A stretch of 63,138 bases of DNA, the filler included, from Choristocarpus tenellus KU-1152 (taxonomy: Eukaryota; Protista; Phaeophyceae): NCBI GenBank assembly GCA_964200185.2. It is 4 parts of 4 records of this genome, joined end to end, with 100 filler letters (N's around TTAATTAATTAA, not from the genome) between each part and the next. Parts side by side here need not be neighbours in the genome. Positions count along the whole stretch, not along the records: positions 1 to 27,680 come from CAXNAD020000141.1; 3 more parts are not named here. One strand, given 5' to 3'. Positions 1-11,380 of the stretch are shown in pieces. A program made the translations under genes and the position numbers. A model generated the notes under the pieces. That model was not told the origin of the DNA and did not search any database. It saw only the letters and a list, made by a program, of their open reading frames with translations. How positions within the stretch are numbered: position 1 is the stretch's first letter; every line of letters starts with the position of its first letter.

Positions 1-166
1 CACTTTATCCCAGTCAATTTTGGGTCAAGCCCATCCATCCTCAATGAAAAGCTCCATCCTCAATTTTTGAAATCGGCTGTTAATTGGCGTTAGAAAGATG
101 TCCGGAAATCTCGAGTCTTTTTTTGGTAGCGCCACGCCGACCGGTCAAACTTGGGCAGCGACAAAC

Positions 167-289
167 CTCGGACCAGTTTTTTGCAAGGAGTTCAGCCAAC
201 CACTTGATTTGTGTCCGTTTTGAAGTCGTGACCTTGAAATTGCGCCGGAGATATTCCCCAGCGTTTTTGGCATTCTTTGATCGGGACAT
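167..289 (-). CDS. Possible first exon of a divergently transcribed gene running off the window start (MSRSKNAKNAGEYLRRNFK...NWSE)
   Basis: ATG at 289, 41 open codons, then a GAG|GTTTGT donor-like site. It lies in a CpG-rich stretch like other 5' ends here. No homology recognised. Confidence 0.25.
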
Positions 290-600
290 AGCTCCCGTTC
301 CCTGTAGCCTGGATATTCTAGGATACAAACCTTCAAAAAAAGCTCTTGTCATACCCTTTTCATATTTGATATATACATTGTTGCGTAACTAACTGTTGTG
401 GTGTTCATGTGAAAAAAACTACGATTGCCACAGTGGGCGAAGGTACTGGTACAACCTTACTGTACGTTTTCTGTCTTACTGTTCTTGTGAGTAGGACCTT
501 TATTGGGGTACATATTGGGTGTGGGGTGAAGTTTTGAAGAAAAAAAGCGTAAGACTAATAAGTACATCTTATGGAACTACCAATATTTAATAGAAATAGC

Positions 601-953
601 TGTGGAAGTGTCAAAGGACCAAACCTCTCTGTACAAGGGGCAATCACAATCACCAGACTGAACTCTTCTACCTCCGAGGGTGAGACCAAGTTTCACAGGT
701 CTTGCCCCAACATATCAAAGTCATTTGAGGAAATCCAGAACAGAACAAAAACCTGAATGCACAACAGATGTCCCAGAATGACATAATCACAGCAGAGAAA
801 TGGATCGGTCAGAATCGGAATGGATCTTCGTTCTGACAGTCCTTTTTGGCTGTTTGGTCAAATCTGGATCTTATGGGTGTGGTTGGTTTTATGACTTGGT
901 CGGTATGGGCGAGTTCTAATGACGCGGTTGACGCGCGCAAGTGTGTGTGTACA
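601..953 (-). mobile_element. Solo LTR related to the Ty3/Gypsy LTRs at 34371 and 40965
   Basis: Starts TGTGGAAGTGTCAA and shares long blocks (GCAATCACAATCACC, GAGGGTGAGACCAAGTTTCA, GAGGAAATCCAGAACAGAACAAAAACC, GGATCTTATGGGTGTGG) with both full-element LTRs. More diverged and shortened at the right end; no internal domain adjacent. Confidence 0.9.
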
Positions 954-2683
954 TAGTACATGTGAAACTAATAATTATCATATTTGTTTGTATGGTACAA
1001 CTGGAAGGTATACCCTGTTCTTGTTTGCACTTACACTTTTACTTATAATATCAAAACACCACTTGAAAAGTGGAGAAGAGAAGAGAAGCATGACGATGAC
1101 TGATACCGAAGAAGAGGAATTCATCCTATCAGAATCTGCTGAGCATCAATGTGGTGTTGTAGTAGTAGAGGATAAAAATAGAGATGGAAGCGGCGCAAGG
1201 AAAGGGAACAGGAAGAGGAAAGGAAAGACATCAGAAATCCAACTTTCAACGAAGGCAATCTTGCTGTCCAAGATTGCAAAGATCGCATCGGTCAGCAGAC
1301 AATCTCCAGATGATGCTCTCAGTGAGATGTATAGCCTACTTTCGACACCGAACGCTGCAGAATTCCTCAAGGTTAGTATTGATCTCAAAACCCCGGCGAA
1401 AATTTGGACTTTCCACAGTGAGTCTTCCTGTGGTATGAGTATCCGCGATCGCATTCATTGTTCATATTGAACCACACTGATTCTAGTTGTGCAGGGGTGG
1501 GTGAGGGCATCCGCTAAGTATCTAAAAGAGCTGAATATCAACTATTTCACCAAGACTGTCAACTCGGGGAGGTGGACTCTAACATGATTTCCTGGACCAA
1601 TTTCTCACGACGTTAACCTTCGTAATTCCCAACACATCTTGCCCTGAATATGTTATCGCTTGCACTTCCTGCGCCTCGCAGGACGCAAAATTCCAATACA
1701 TACAGACAATGTTCGCTAGCTTGAACATCCTGTTGCCTCTGGCTCTCAAGTCTCGAGAAAAAATGTCGATCTTCCTCGACTGCCTGGAAGTGTTCGAGGT
1801 ACTGTACTACTCTGGAGTACTACATACTTTTTTGTATATAGACTCTTCTACCTAAAGCTTGAGAGACACGAGACTGGGGGATGATTTACACCATTATAAT
1901 CTCGTGCCCAGGGATGAAGGCGCAGTGTTGGTAAATTTAGTAGGGTATGCAATGACCTAAATTGCACAGCACTGAGTTGTGTAGCCCATTGAGTCTACCT
2001 GTTCCTATAAACCTGGACACACACACCCTGAGCCAATACCTACAGGGTTCTCGTTTCGACTGGACACCCTCCTCAATGCAGTTGAGTTGGGTTTTTTTTT
2101 TGTTACTTGAGGAATATATACCGCAAAGTGGTAGGATCAGTCTAGTTGGGCCTTATCATACTATTTGACTTTTGTGGGATCTTATCAATGTATGTCCAAG
2201 TGTTTCATTTTGATGTATGTTCCCTCCCTTTCTCTCTCCCTTGCTTGCACAAAAGTAGACCTCCAACCTGCACGCCTTGTGTGAACTCAAGTACCGAGCC
2301 TTCCCCCTCGATCTTCAATCTTGCGCCGTTGGTTTCAGTTCTAGCACCTCTCCTCCCGTCACCCTTCTCCGGGTTTGTCCTGTGGCAGGACCATGAGGAT
2401 TTTGTCCTTCCGGTACAGTTTTATCGTCGAGTGGCCTTTGAGCAGGAACTGGAAACTATACCTCGGAGTAGTCAGCATTGGAAGAGGAGAAGGGAGGAAA
2501 GGGGACTGGCAGGTGGGAGCAACTCGCTGCCAGGGAACACAAAGGACAAGGAGGGCAGGGGGGGATTGGTGAGTGTAGTTCGTAGCTCTTATGCCTGCTG
2601 ACTCTGCAAGATTGCCGGATGCCTTGACCACTCTATATGCAAATGGGTAATAGAAGGTCCCTATAGTTTCACACACTGCATAA

Positions 2684-2933
2684 AGGGTCACAGTATCATA
2701 GAGGGTAGAGCCGCATCCATTTGGGGGCCAATATCCAATGTTCCGATTTTGATTATCGTGTTTGTTAGGAAGTGTCAATATCCTTGTTCGGGACATATCT
2801 TTTCATAACGTACACATTTCACCTAACCCGAAACAAATTGGAGTAGGAAATATGTCATTAAAAACCTGTGAGAAGCCAAGCCCTAAACGGGCAAACAGGG
2901 TAAAACTCGTACCCTCTAAGATACTTTCACTCT
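2684..2933. mobile_element. MITE family B (PIF/Harbinger-like), copy 1
   Basis: Imperfect TIRs GGGTCACAGTATCATAGAGGGTA / TACCCTCTAAGATACTTTCACTC with TAA-like flanks; inverted homologue at 24959-25218. Confidence 0.75.
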
Positions 2934-5900
2934 AATGCTTTATCATTTCGATTTCTCTCGAATTGTATTGCACTTGATTTGAGTGCATTGCTTAAAGCAC
3001 ATATTTAGAAGATACCAGGGGCAATGGGCTAAAGATGAGGATATGAAACTAGCTTAACTCCATGGTGAATCAGAGCCGGGAAAATGCAACTTGGATACAA
3101 TGTGAAATTTAAACTTCTAAAAAAAAATCGACCTTTGAGCAACATAAGGGTTTAGCATACCTTATATTGGAGTGCCTAGTGTTCAATGAGAAGGGGAAGT
3201 TGGACATCACTCATGCAACGAACTGTCGACCAATGTGTCGCTCTTTTGTCGGGATCCTCTACAATGTAGGAGGACCCACCCTCATCGTCCATTTTAGAGA
3301 TATCTATATTCTGGTACAATGATATGATCATGTTCCCCTTGCATTTTTCCCAAATCCCTCGAACCCCAGTGCACTCTTGGGTTGCATCGCTTTGCTGACA
3401 CTCATGATCCCCATTTGTTTGGGAATACACTTTTGTCCTTAAACCAATTTGCTGGTATATTTTTCTTGGGCTTCAACACTTGGGTCAATTCTCTCGGCTT
3501 TTAGCCCATTCCCTCTTCTGCCCTCAGTGAGCTCCGGGAGCACCTATGCATGGAAGGTATGGACTACCGCCTATGCCACCACAAGACCCTAGCCACCACA
3601 ATCGCTTATGCTTTGCTAAAGATGTGGCCTGGCTCTGAGGACTTGGTGAGGAGTAGCTGAGAGGAAGTATGGTATAGAACGAGTGACTGGAGGAGGGAGA
3701 GGGGGGAGGTTGGGTATCAGGTCATGTAGAATGTTGATCTTGGAAGAGGGATGAATCATGTTAATGATGTCTAGAGGGTAAGAAGGAGGGATGCAAATGT
3801 CGGTATTGCTTAGCCTAGGATGTTTCTGGAGCTTTCACTACCCAGAAGTTATTCAGAACTGGAACACTGTGTTCCTATTGATCCATTGCTTCTATCTCAT
3901 AATCACACGTAAATGAAGTGTGTACATTTGATTTGTCAAAGTCCTTCAAGTGCTCAGTGGATGCTTTGAATTCAAGTGGAATACTGCAAGTGCTCCACCT
4001 CCTAGATCAACCCTAGGATTGCGTTTTTGTATATTTAGCCATTTGGAGATGGACCTTAAGTTGCGTATTGTGCACAATTATATAAACTCCAAAGATTGGA
4101 GGATATGGTTTGGGTCCCTTGGACTGTGCTTGATTCCGTAATTGTCCCTGCAGCACATGCAGGTGAAAAGATGAGGGTATGGACTTTATGTTGCTTGATG
4201 AACAATCGCCTAAAACTTGTTGCTCAGATACATACTTGATTCTCATATGTGCCAGTCAGAAATATTTATGAAACTATTTGGCATTTTGATATAGATTTAT
4301 TACACAAAGTACAAAATCTGTTACCCCTCTACAATATCAATTGTGTAATTGTATATTATTAGTAGTAGTTAGTACACACTATTCCAATGTACTTTCAAGG
4401 TTATGTATATTCACAAGTATATGCTAACTGATATTTTGCAGATGTTGTCAGGAGGAAAGTGCTCTTTGTGTCATCCTCCATCACTCAAAGCACGATCAGC
4501 AATGAAATAACAAACACAGGCAGCCAAAGTGTCCTAGTAGTAGTGCCTCCGTCCTAGTCCCTTCTCTTTCTCAGATATGCTCTAAACACTAACCACAAAT
4601 ACGTCAAGTTGGGAAACTTAATCCTTGGCCTCAACAACGATCTCCTTCCTGTAGATATATACCTACCATTGCTGCTACTGGTTCTGTCACCATATGACAC
4701 ACAGCGTCTACGCCATGTTCTCACCCATCGATTATCCCTGCAACTCTCCGTCATTCCACATCTGAGCAATGATGTAGGGCAAAGCTCTCTTCGACCAGGC
4801 CGTCCTGGAGAAGGAGGAGCGGGCAGAGCCAGTATGGCTGGGCTTGGAGACCCTTTTTCAGGTGCTAATGCAGTTCAATGGTGGGCGAGGGGGTGTTGGT
4901 CATAGTTCTGACTTTCACGGCAATAATGAAAGAGAGGTAAGGTGTGTTACGTGGAAGGAGCTTATGAAGGAGTAAACAGCATGCATTAAAGAAAATAACG
5001 CCAGTCTCCTAGTCCATTTTCTAGTGGTGTGAACAATCGTTCTTCCTCTATATTACTTGCATATTAAAGGCATGCATGCTGCCTGTACCAACATATATCG
5101 GAGTAGCTGTACAGGCATACGCCATACGTATGCGTGTGGTGTCAATCTCAGACACTTTATCCATCGCCAAACATTGCTGCTATTACAAGCCAACATTTCC
5201 TACTGGTAAATCCTCTTAGTGGACCTCTCTTCTACTTTCTATATTCCAGCTTAGCTCAGTATTTTTTTATGGAATATAATAGAAGTGCTCTGGAGTAGTT
5301 GCTGTCTCTTGCGTTCAAGATTCAGTCCACAATCTCCTCAAAATATTTATCTCTGTAAAATTTGTCTACTTTCATTGAACTTTTTAGTACCTGATGAAAT
5401 CGAGAGTCAGGCACCTCATGAAGAGGTTTCTGTTTGCTCTTGCTGTTTGTCGTATTTCTGATTTAACTTCAAAAATGTTCAGAGATGGGGTTCTTTACTC
5501 TGAGAGATTGCAGGGTTTGTAACCAGTGAGTAACAGAGATATCAAGGTTGTCGAGATTAAGCATTGGGTTCTGTCATTTTTTAGATATCGATTCTGAAGC
5601 ACTGTAGTTTCTAACATGATGTGTAGTTTGGAGTATTATGTGAATAATAATGTAGTATTTATAATACTACTAATAATTATTATAATATGCCTGTTGGTTT
5701 GTTGCCCTCCCTTCGACATGCAGACAGTTGAGCCAGGTGAGGATGGGGATGAAGAGCTCAAACAAAGTAGGGACAGAAGACATGGTGAGGAAGATGAAGC
5801 CAATAGGACAGAAAACACAAACCTGAAACGGAATGAGTTTGACAGAGAGTATGTATCTGAGGGTAAAAACACTCAGTCAGGGGACTCTCCAAGAGCGAAT

Positions 5901-7121
5901 ACTCAACACCCACTCCACCCTCCAGAACCCAGTTCCCACGCTTCTGCCATGATTGTGGGTAACTACTTCAGGGCTGAACCTGATACTTGTGCAGCATTTT
6001 TCCAAGATATCCTGCCATTCATTATGCTGTGCATGCCCCTCCTTGACTCTTGTCGTACAAGTTATGGCCAGTCATGGAGAAGTGGCCAGGGGAGGGTCCC
6101 TGTCTTTATGATAGGCATGCTAAGGGCACTAGTAGACATGACAAAGTGAGTGAGGAAACAACACTCGATGCCTTGAACTGGCCCTCAAACTAACCCCTAT
6201 TGCCTACTGCAACCATAATATTGTAACAGGATAGGGTATTGAGTAGATCGTATCATTGTATGGGTATTATGAGTATAGGGTTACAAGTACGGATTAGAGA
6301 AAATTGGGATTTGTAGAAGATTAGCATTCAGCAGTGAGGTTGTAATTAGCTTCGATGAAGGAATTGATTCTCGCTAGGGGGGAAGACAGTGATTAGGGTG
6401 TGTGCATTAATAAAATATGCTTTTATGTAATCTGGAAATAGAAAAAGTTCCAATCACGAATAAGAGATATCACTTGTAACTAGTCAGTCGTTTTCCCTCT
6501 GTATTTCCAATTCCTCTTTCTTGCTTATCTTATTTTGTTGGAGTGGGCATCAACCACTTCAATTTTTCTTGACTCACACGATTGAAACTCAGTACTTACT
6601 CGTCTACACTTGCTTTGAAGTGTTGCTTGATGACCAGTTCGCTCTCTCCACCTTCCTACTCAGGGGGTTGGCCACATTTAACATGAGGAAGATGGTTGAG
6701 TCCTGTGTCAAAGAGGCCAAGATGTGGGGTAATCCGTTGTCTGCATTTGGTGGAGACCCCTACCTAACATCAGCAACCAAAGCCAATAGTCCTTCATACT
6801 CTTCCCCTGGCACTGTTAGAAGCAGTGCTCGGGCATCTGTCCAGCTAGGTACACTCCCTGCAAGTATTTTCAAACCTAAGCCACTAGTAGTACACTTAGT
6901 CTGTGCCCACATAACAATTCCTTCCATTTATATACCACTTGTAGATTTAGTTAGGTCAGTGTTCATCCCATCAGCCGTTCCCTTTTTTTGTACATATCCT
7001 TTCCTACTCATATTATTACACTTATTTTGTTTTCACAAACTATGCTCCTATGCTTATCACCCATTCAAAATGTGCAGATGTATTTTGTGGTCATGACGAT
7101 GATGAAGAGAACGGTTGCATT

Positions 7122-7306
7122 GACTCAAACGTATCTGGGGGGGGTGGAGGCTGTCCATTTGGGGTCAATTTTTTCATGTCATGATTTTTGAGTGATTTGG
7201 TTGCATACGTCAGATGGATAATGTAAATGCACTTTTCCTGATTTTGGCCCAAATGGACACGCTGGTGTAGACCCCCCCCCCTCCCCCCCCCCAGATACTT
7301 TAGGTC
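7122..7306. mobile_element. MITE family A (PIF/Harbinger/Tourist-like), copy 1
   Basis: TIRs GACTCAAACGTATCTGGGGG / CCCCCAGATACTTTAGGTC; 3-bp TSD ATT; homologous to 11200-11380 and 43198-43378. Confidence 0.85.
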
Positions 7307-7664
7307 ATTGCTTGATTATTCACCTCACACTATCTATCAGAAATAAATAATACCTAGAACTACACTATAGAGGTCTACTACAATGGACAAAATATCGAGA
7401 TTGCTAAATATCTTACATTTCAAATTTTACAGTAGGATATCCACAACGAGTTTGGATTAACCATCCTAGTCTCACTTGATGTTGATTGTGTAAAGGCACA
7501 GTTGTTCTTGTCACACTCTCCAGACTTGAACATTGTATATCAATTCTTACAACTAGCTGGATTGTCTACTCAAACGGAACTTCAGATATCTATTCCCGAG
7601 AGCTTGTTCTCTAGTTGATTCGGGTGAATTGCATGGCTACATAATATTTTTCATTGCTGCCTAG

Positions 7665-8078
7665 TGTTGATGACCCTGGATAAAATTCCAAAAGAAAAAC
7701 GAAAACGTAATTTGTTGTGTATTATTTTGAAATTTCGTTCATTACTTCTCCATTAACATTTATATTAATCTCATTAGTGCTGTTCTCAACGAGGTTGACA
7801 AGAAGGCAGCACGGACCAAACGTGCAACGGGGAGTGGAGCCTGTCTCTCTGCAGGAAGTGAAGGTCTTTAAAATGATGTTGATGACCCTGAACAAAAAAA
7901 TAATTACTATATATTTCTATTGCATTGGTTTGAAGTTTCGTTCATTGTTTCTCGATTACCATCTTATCTGAATCTCATTGGTGCTGATCTTGAAGGGTTT
8001 GATAAGAAGACAGCACGGACCAAACGTGCAAAGCAGAGTGGAACCAGCCTCTCTGCAGGAAGTGAAGGTCTTAAAATG
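7665..8078 (+). repeat. Tandem duplication (~200-210 bp unit) of an intron end plus exon start
   Basis: TGTTGATGACCCTG starts at 7665 and 7877; CAGCACGGACCAAACGTGCAA and CTCTCTGCAGGAAGTGAAGGTCTT occur in both units. Confidence 0.85.
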
Positions 8079-8918
8079 GAGAAGAATTCCAGACGTGCTT
8101 TGGTCCTTTCTTGCCTTGATATTCTGGGCCCCTCAGCTGGCTCCAGGGTTGTCAGGTGCATCTTTGGGACAGATTTTCAGTTACATCTTGAGACTATTGT
8201 CAGCGTTCGATCAAAAATTTTCCTATGAACAGAGTTTTTTTGTAGTGAGGGATATGTTTGTTCTTGTATTTATGGTTTGAGTTTCAGCCGTATGAACATC
8301 AAGAGGTAGAGGGGGTAGCAAAACCAGGTAACATATTTTCACCACCCGTTGAACAGCCTAGGAAGTAGGAACAAACACAATTCCATATCGACTGAAGATT
8401 GACATATCTATTTCCTAACGTCTGACTATGGAAGCAGAAGAGCTTCATTTTTTTGTGTTTTCTTTAATTCAACCTTTGTATAAATGCAGTCTCACACACT
8501 TGCTTGCATTTGCTACCAACTCATTTCTAGTCTTGCTCTTGAATTTTAGGAACACTATGTCGCAATGAGCCAATGAGATGCATTCGCCTAGCAACCTCAG
8601 AGTCTCAGCAAGGCTATACTTTTCGGCAATGTGTAGAGGACAGGGCTGAGTTTCAGATTAAGAGTAAACAGGACTAGCTGTAAGGGTTTGGATTACACGT
8701 GGTTTCAAGGTGATACAGCTATTGTATGTGGGTGTGGTTTTCCTGTACCATCAGTGCAGTATTTATAGATTTCTGGTACAATTGGACTCAACGTTGTGCT
8801 GGCACAGGTTCATAGGTTACTTGACAGAACAAGATCATGACTTCCCACAACAAAATAATGCACCCCCAGTCACTTCCTCTCTGCACTCATCAGGTTCTGG
8901 TTTGGAGTTAAATTAAAC

Positions 8919-9155
8919 GCGAGGTACTCAGAGTTGCATTTTATGGGTGCGGACAAACATGCCCAAAATTCGGCATTTTTTTCAAATATTCAGAGGATAA
9001 TATCTTCTGAATTGTGTCTAAAAGTTAAAAACAATTAGAGAAATAAACACTCTCAGGTCAAACTTAGAACTTCATCCATAGAATGAGTGCATTGCAATAG
9101 ATTGAAAAACATACAGTACTCAAAATGCAAGAGGGGCAAAAACTGGGTAACTCTC
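8919..9155. mobile_element. MITE family C, copy 1
   Basis: TIR G(C)GAGGTACTCAG / CTGGGTAACTCTC; internally similar to 28021-28249. Confidence 0.7.
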
Positions 9156-9838
9156 ATTTGTTTTGGTTCTTTATCAAAATGGTGGAAGATTGAGTATTTA
9201 GGTTCAGAAGGGGGATCAATCATGGGGAGCTTGATGTGAAGCACGGAATCGTATGTGGTTTCCCAGGAGGTCTGAGGTGAGTAGAAATTACCGCGATCTT
9301 GATTAGTGAGTTGAGCACGCTGAAATACAACTACCTTGTCGAACAGTTGCCACTTTGTACTCAGTAAGTCGTAAGGGCCTTTGCATGGGATAATTCTTCG
9401 TGATGTTTTTGTATGCCATACTACAACTCCTTACATTAATTATTATATATATATTATAACTATGATTATAATTTGTAGGGGCATTTCCGATTGAGGTATC
9501 CCTTCAATGTTTTCACTTCCTACTGCAGAGCATTTTCCCATGTTCTTGCTTTCGCTAGACTCTTTATTGCCCTTCTACCAGGATGAGATCTTGTGCGAGG
9601 CAGGATAAATGGCCATGGTCTTGTCGGCAAACTGTTACGAGAACAGTGAATAAGATAGATGCTCAGACGACGTGCTGTCATCCAGTATCTTACTGAATTT
9701 TAAACGAGCAAAGTCAAGAACTATCTTACATTTCAACAACCTCCTATCTCCTCGTATATTCATTTGGAATACTGATGCACGAAGATTGTGCAAGGCACGG
9801 ACAGAGTCCTAGGCATCCCCATTTGAGCAAAATTGGTT

Positions 9839-10069
9839 GAGAGGTAGGCGGGTTGTATTTTAACAACCCCGAGAAAGAAAGGGAAAAAATATGTCATTTT
9901 CTACAATTGCAGAAAGAGCCTGTGGTGAAGTGTGGTGTCATTTTATGTGTTGAAGGTGGAATACCGATTTTGCGTACACTATTGAGCGTAAAAAAATGAA
10001 ATAGAAGTTATTGCACAGGGTAAGAAATACGGCTTAGAATGCGAAAAGTCCCAAAACTGGCTACCTCTC
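9839..10069. mobile_element. MITE family C relative (possibly Mutator-derived)
   Basis: TIR GAGAGGTAG / CTACCTCTC, same ~230-bp size; flanks AAATTGGTT / AAATGGTTT resemble a 9-bp TSD. Confidence 0.6.
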
Positions 10070-10258
10070 AAATGGTTTGACTCTTCGTTTCGCCTTTACG
10101 GAGGGTTATATTGTTCGGGGGTGAGAATATTTTATAACAGAGGAATTTTTACTATCTTCTCTGACCAGTAGTTCGTTGACTTCATGAAGAAGTGATGGGT
10201 TGAGTCAATGATCAGCATTTTATATCTTTTAGAAGGACTTTCTTTTGGGTGGATGCTA

Positions 10259-10849
10259 CAGTACTGTGCAAAAAGTTCAGTACAAACGTGAATTCGACTT
10301 TTCTGTGCGTTCCTACGGGAAATTTTGCCATTCTTATCGTTATTATGTCTAATAAGGACCTCCTAAATTGTTATGGAAGAAATCACTTCATTGGTTCCTA
10401 TTATACTGTGAATTTTGCAAAAACTGAACTTTACGATTTTTACATTTCGCCGTAACCTGACTATAACTATATTTAAAGCAGTTCATCTTATATCTAATAC
10501 TTGGTCCAATATCCTTTAGCGTCCACGACATCTCTGCATCTTTTTGGCATAGAGTGCACGAGATTCTTGCGATATTCCGGATTTATGTTTCTCACTCTTC
10601 TCGTAGTGCATCGAACAATTCATCCAGGTTTTTCGGTTTTCTGGACCTCTTTCGAACTTGCGAGTCTAGATGATGCCATAGGTTCTCAATGGGATTTAAA
10701 TCAGGCGACTGTGCAGGCCATTCCATCAAGGTCGCAGGCCACCGGTCACCTTTCAAATAGGCAAGGTTCTTCTTCGCCGTATGTTTCGGATCGCTGTCTT
10801 GTCTGGAACTCCAATTTTGTATTTGTACTAAACTTTTTGCACAGTACTG
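10259..10849 (-). mobile_element. Tc1-like DNA transposon, internally deleted (non-autonomous), retaining the C-terminal half of the DDE domain
   Basis: TIRs CAGTACTGTGCAAAAAGTT(C/T)AGTACAAA at both ends, TA TSD. The minus strand encodes QDSDPKHTAK...EWPAQSPDLNPIENLWHHLD...SMPKRCRDVVDAKGYWTKY*. Confidence 0.95.
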
Positions 10850-11199
10850 TAAATATATAAATGACCTCCACGTGTTCATCATTAATGGATTACATTCCTT
10901 GTAATTGGAGGGAAGGTGCAGCAGCTCCACGTATTATGTGTAGATGCTGAGGACTCACATGCATTAACGAGAACTTATTGCTGTAACTCCAAATGTATCA
11001 AGGCAAGAAACTCGGAAGCTAGAGATGTGGGGGTGTAGAGCACAGAGCAATATACTCTAGAACAACCCAATGTACAAATAAATCTTCAACATGATCCAAC
11101 TTCACCACACGCAATATCATTGTAAGTTATACTCATAGTATGTACTATTCGGAAGTATGCATTTATAGATGTACTCTCAGACTACAATAATACAGTATG

Positions 11200-11380
11200 G
11201 GCTGAAAGTATCTGGGAGGGGGGGTGGCGGCTGTCCAATTGGGGCCCATTTTTCGATGTTGCGATTTTTGGGTGAATTTGGTTGCATACATCGGACGGAT
11301 AATGTAAGTGCACTTTTTCTGGTCAGGGTCCAAATGGACACCCTGGTGCAGACCCCTTCCCCCTCCAGATACTTTGAGCC
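11200..11380. mobile_element. MITE family A, copy 2
   Basis: TIRs GGCTGAAAGTATCTGG / CCAGATACTTTGAGCC; 3-bp TSD ATG. Confidence 0.85.

Noticed and set aside
9160-9415. About 85 open codons on the minus strand inside an intron
   Set aside because: No start, splice support or homology; within chance expectation.
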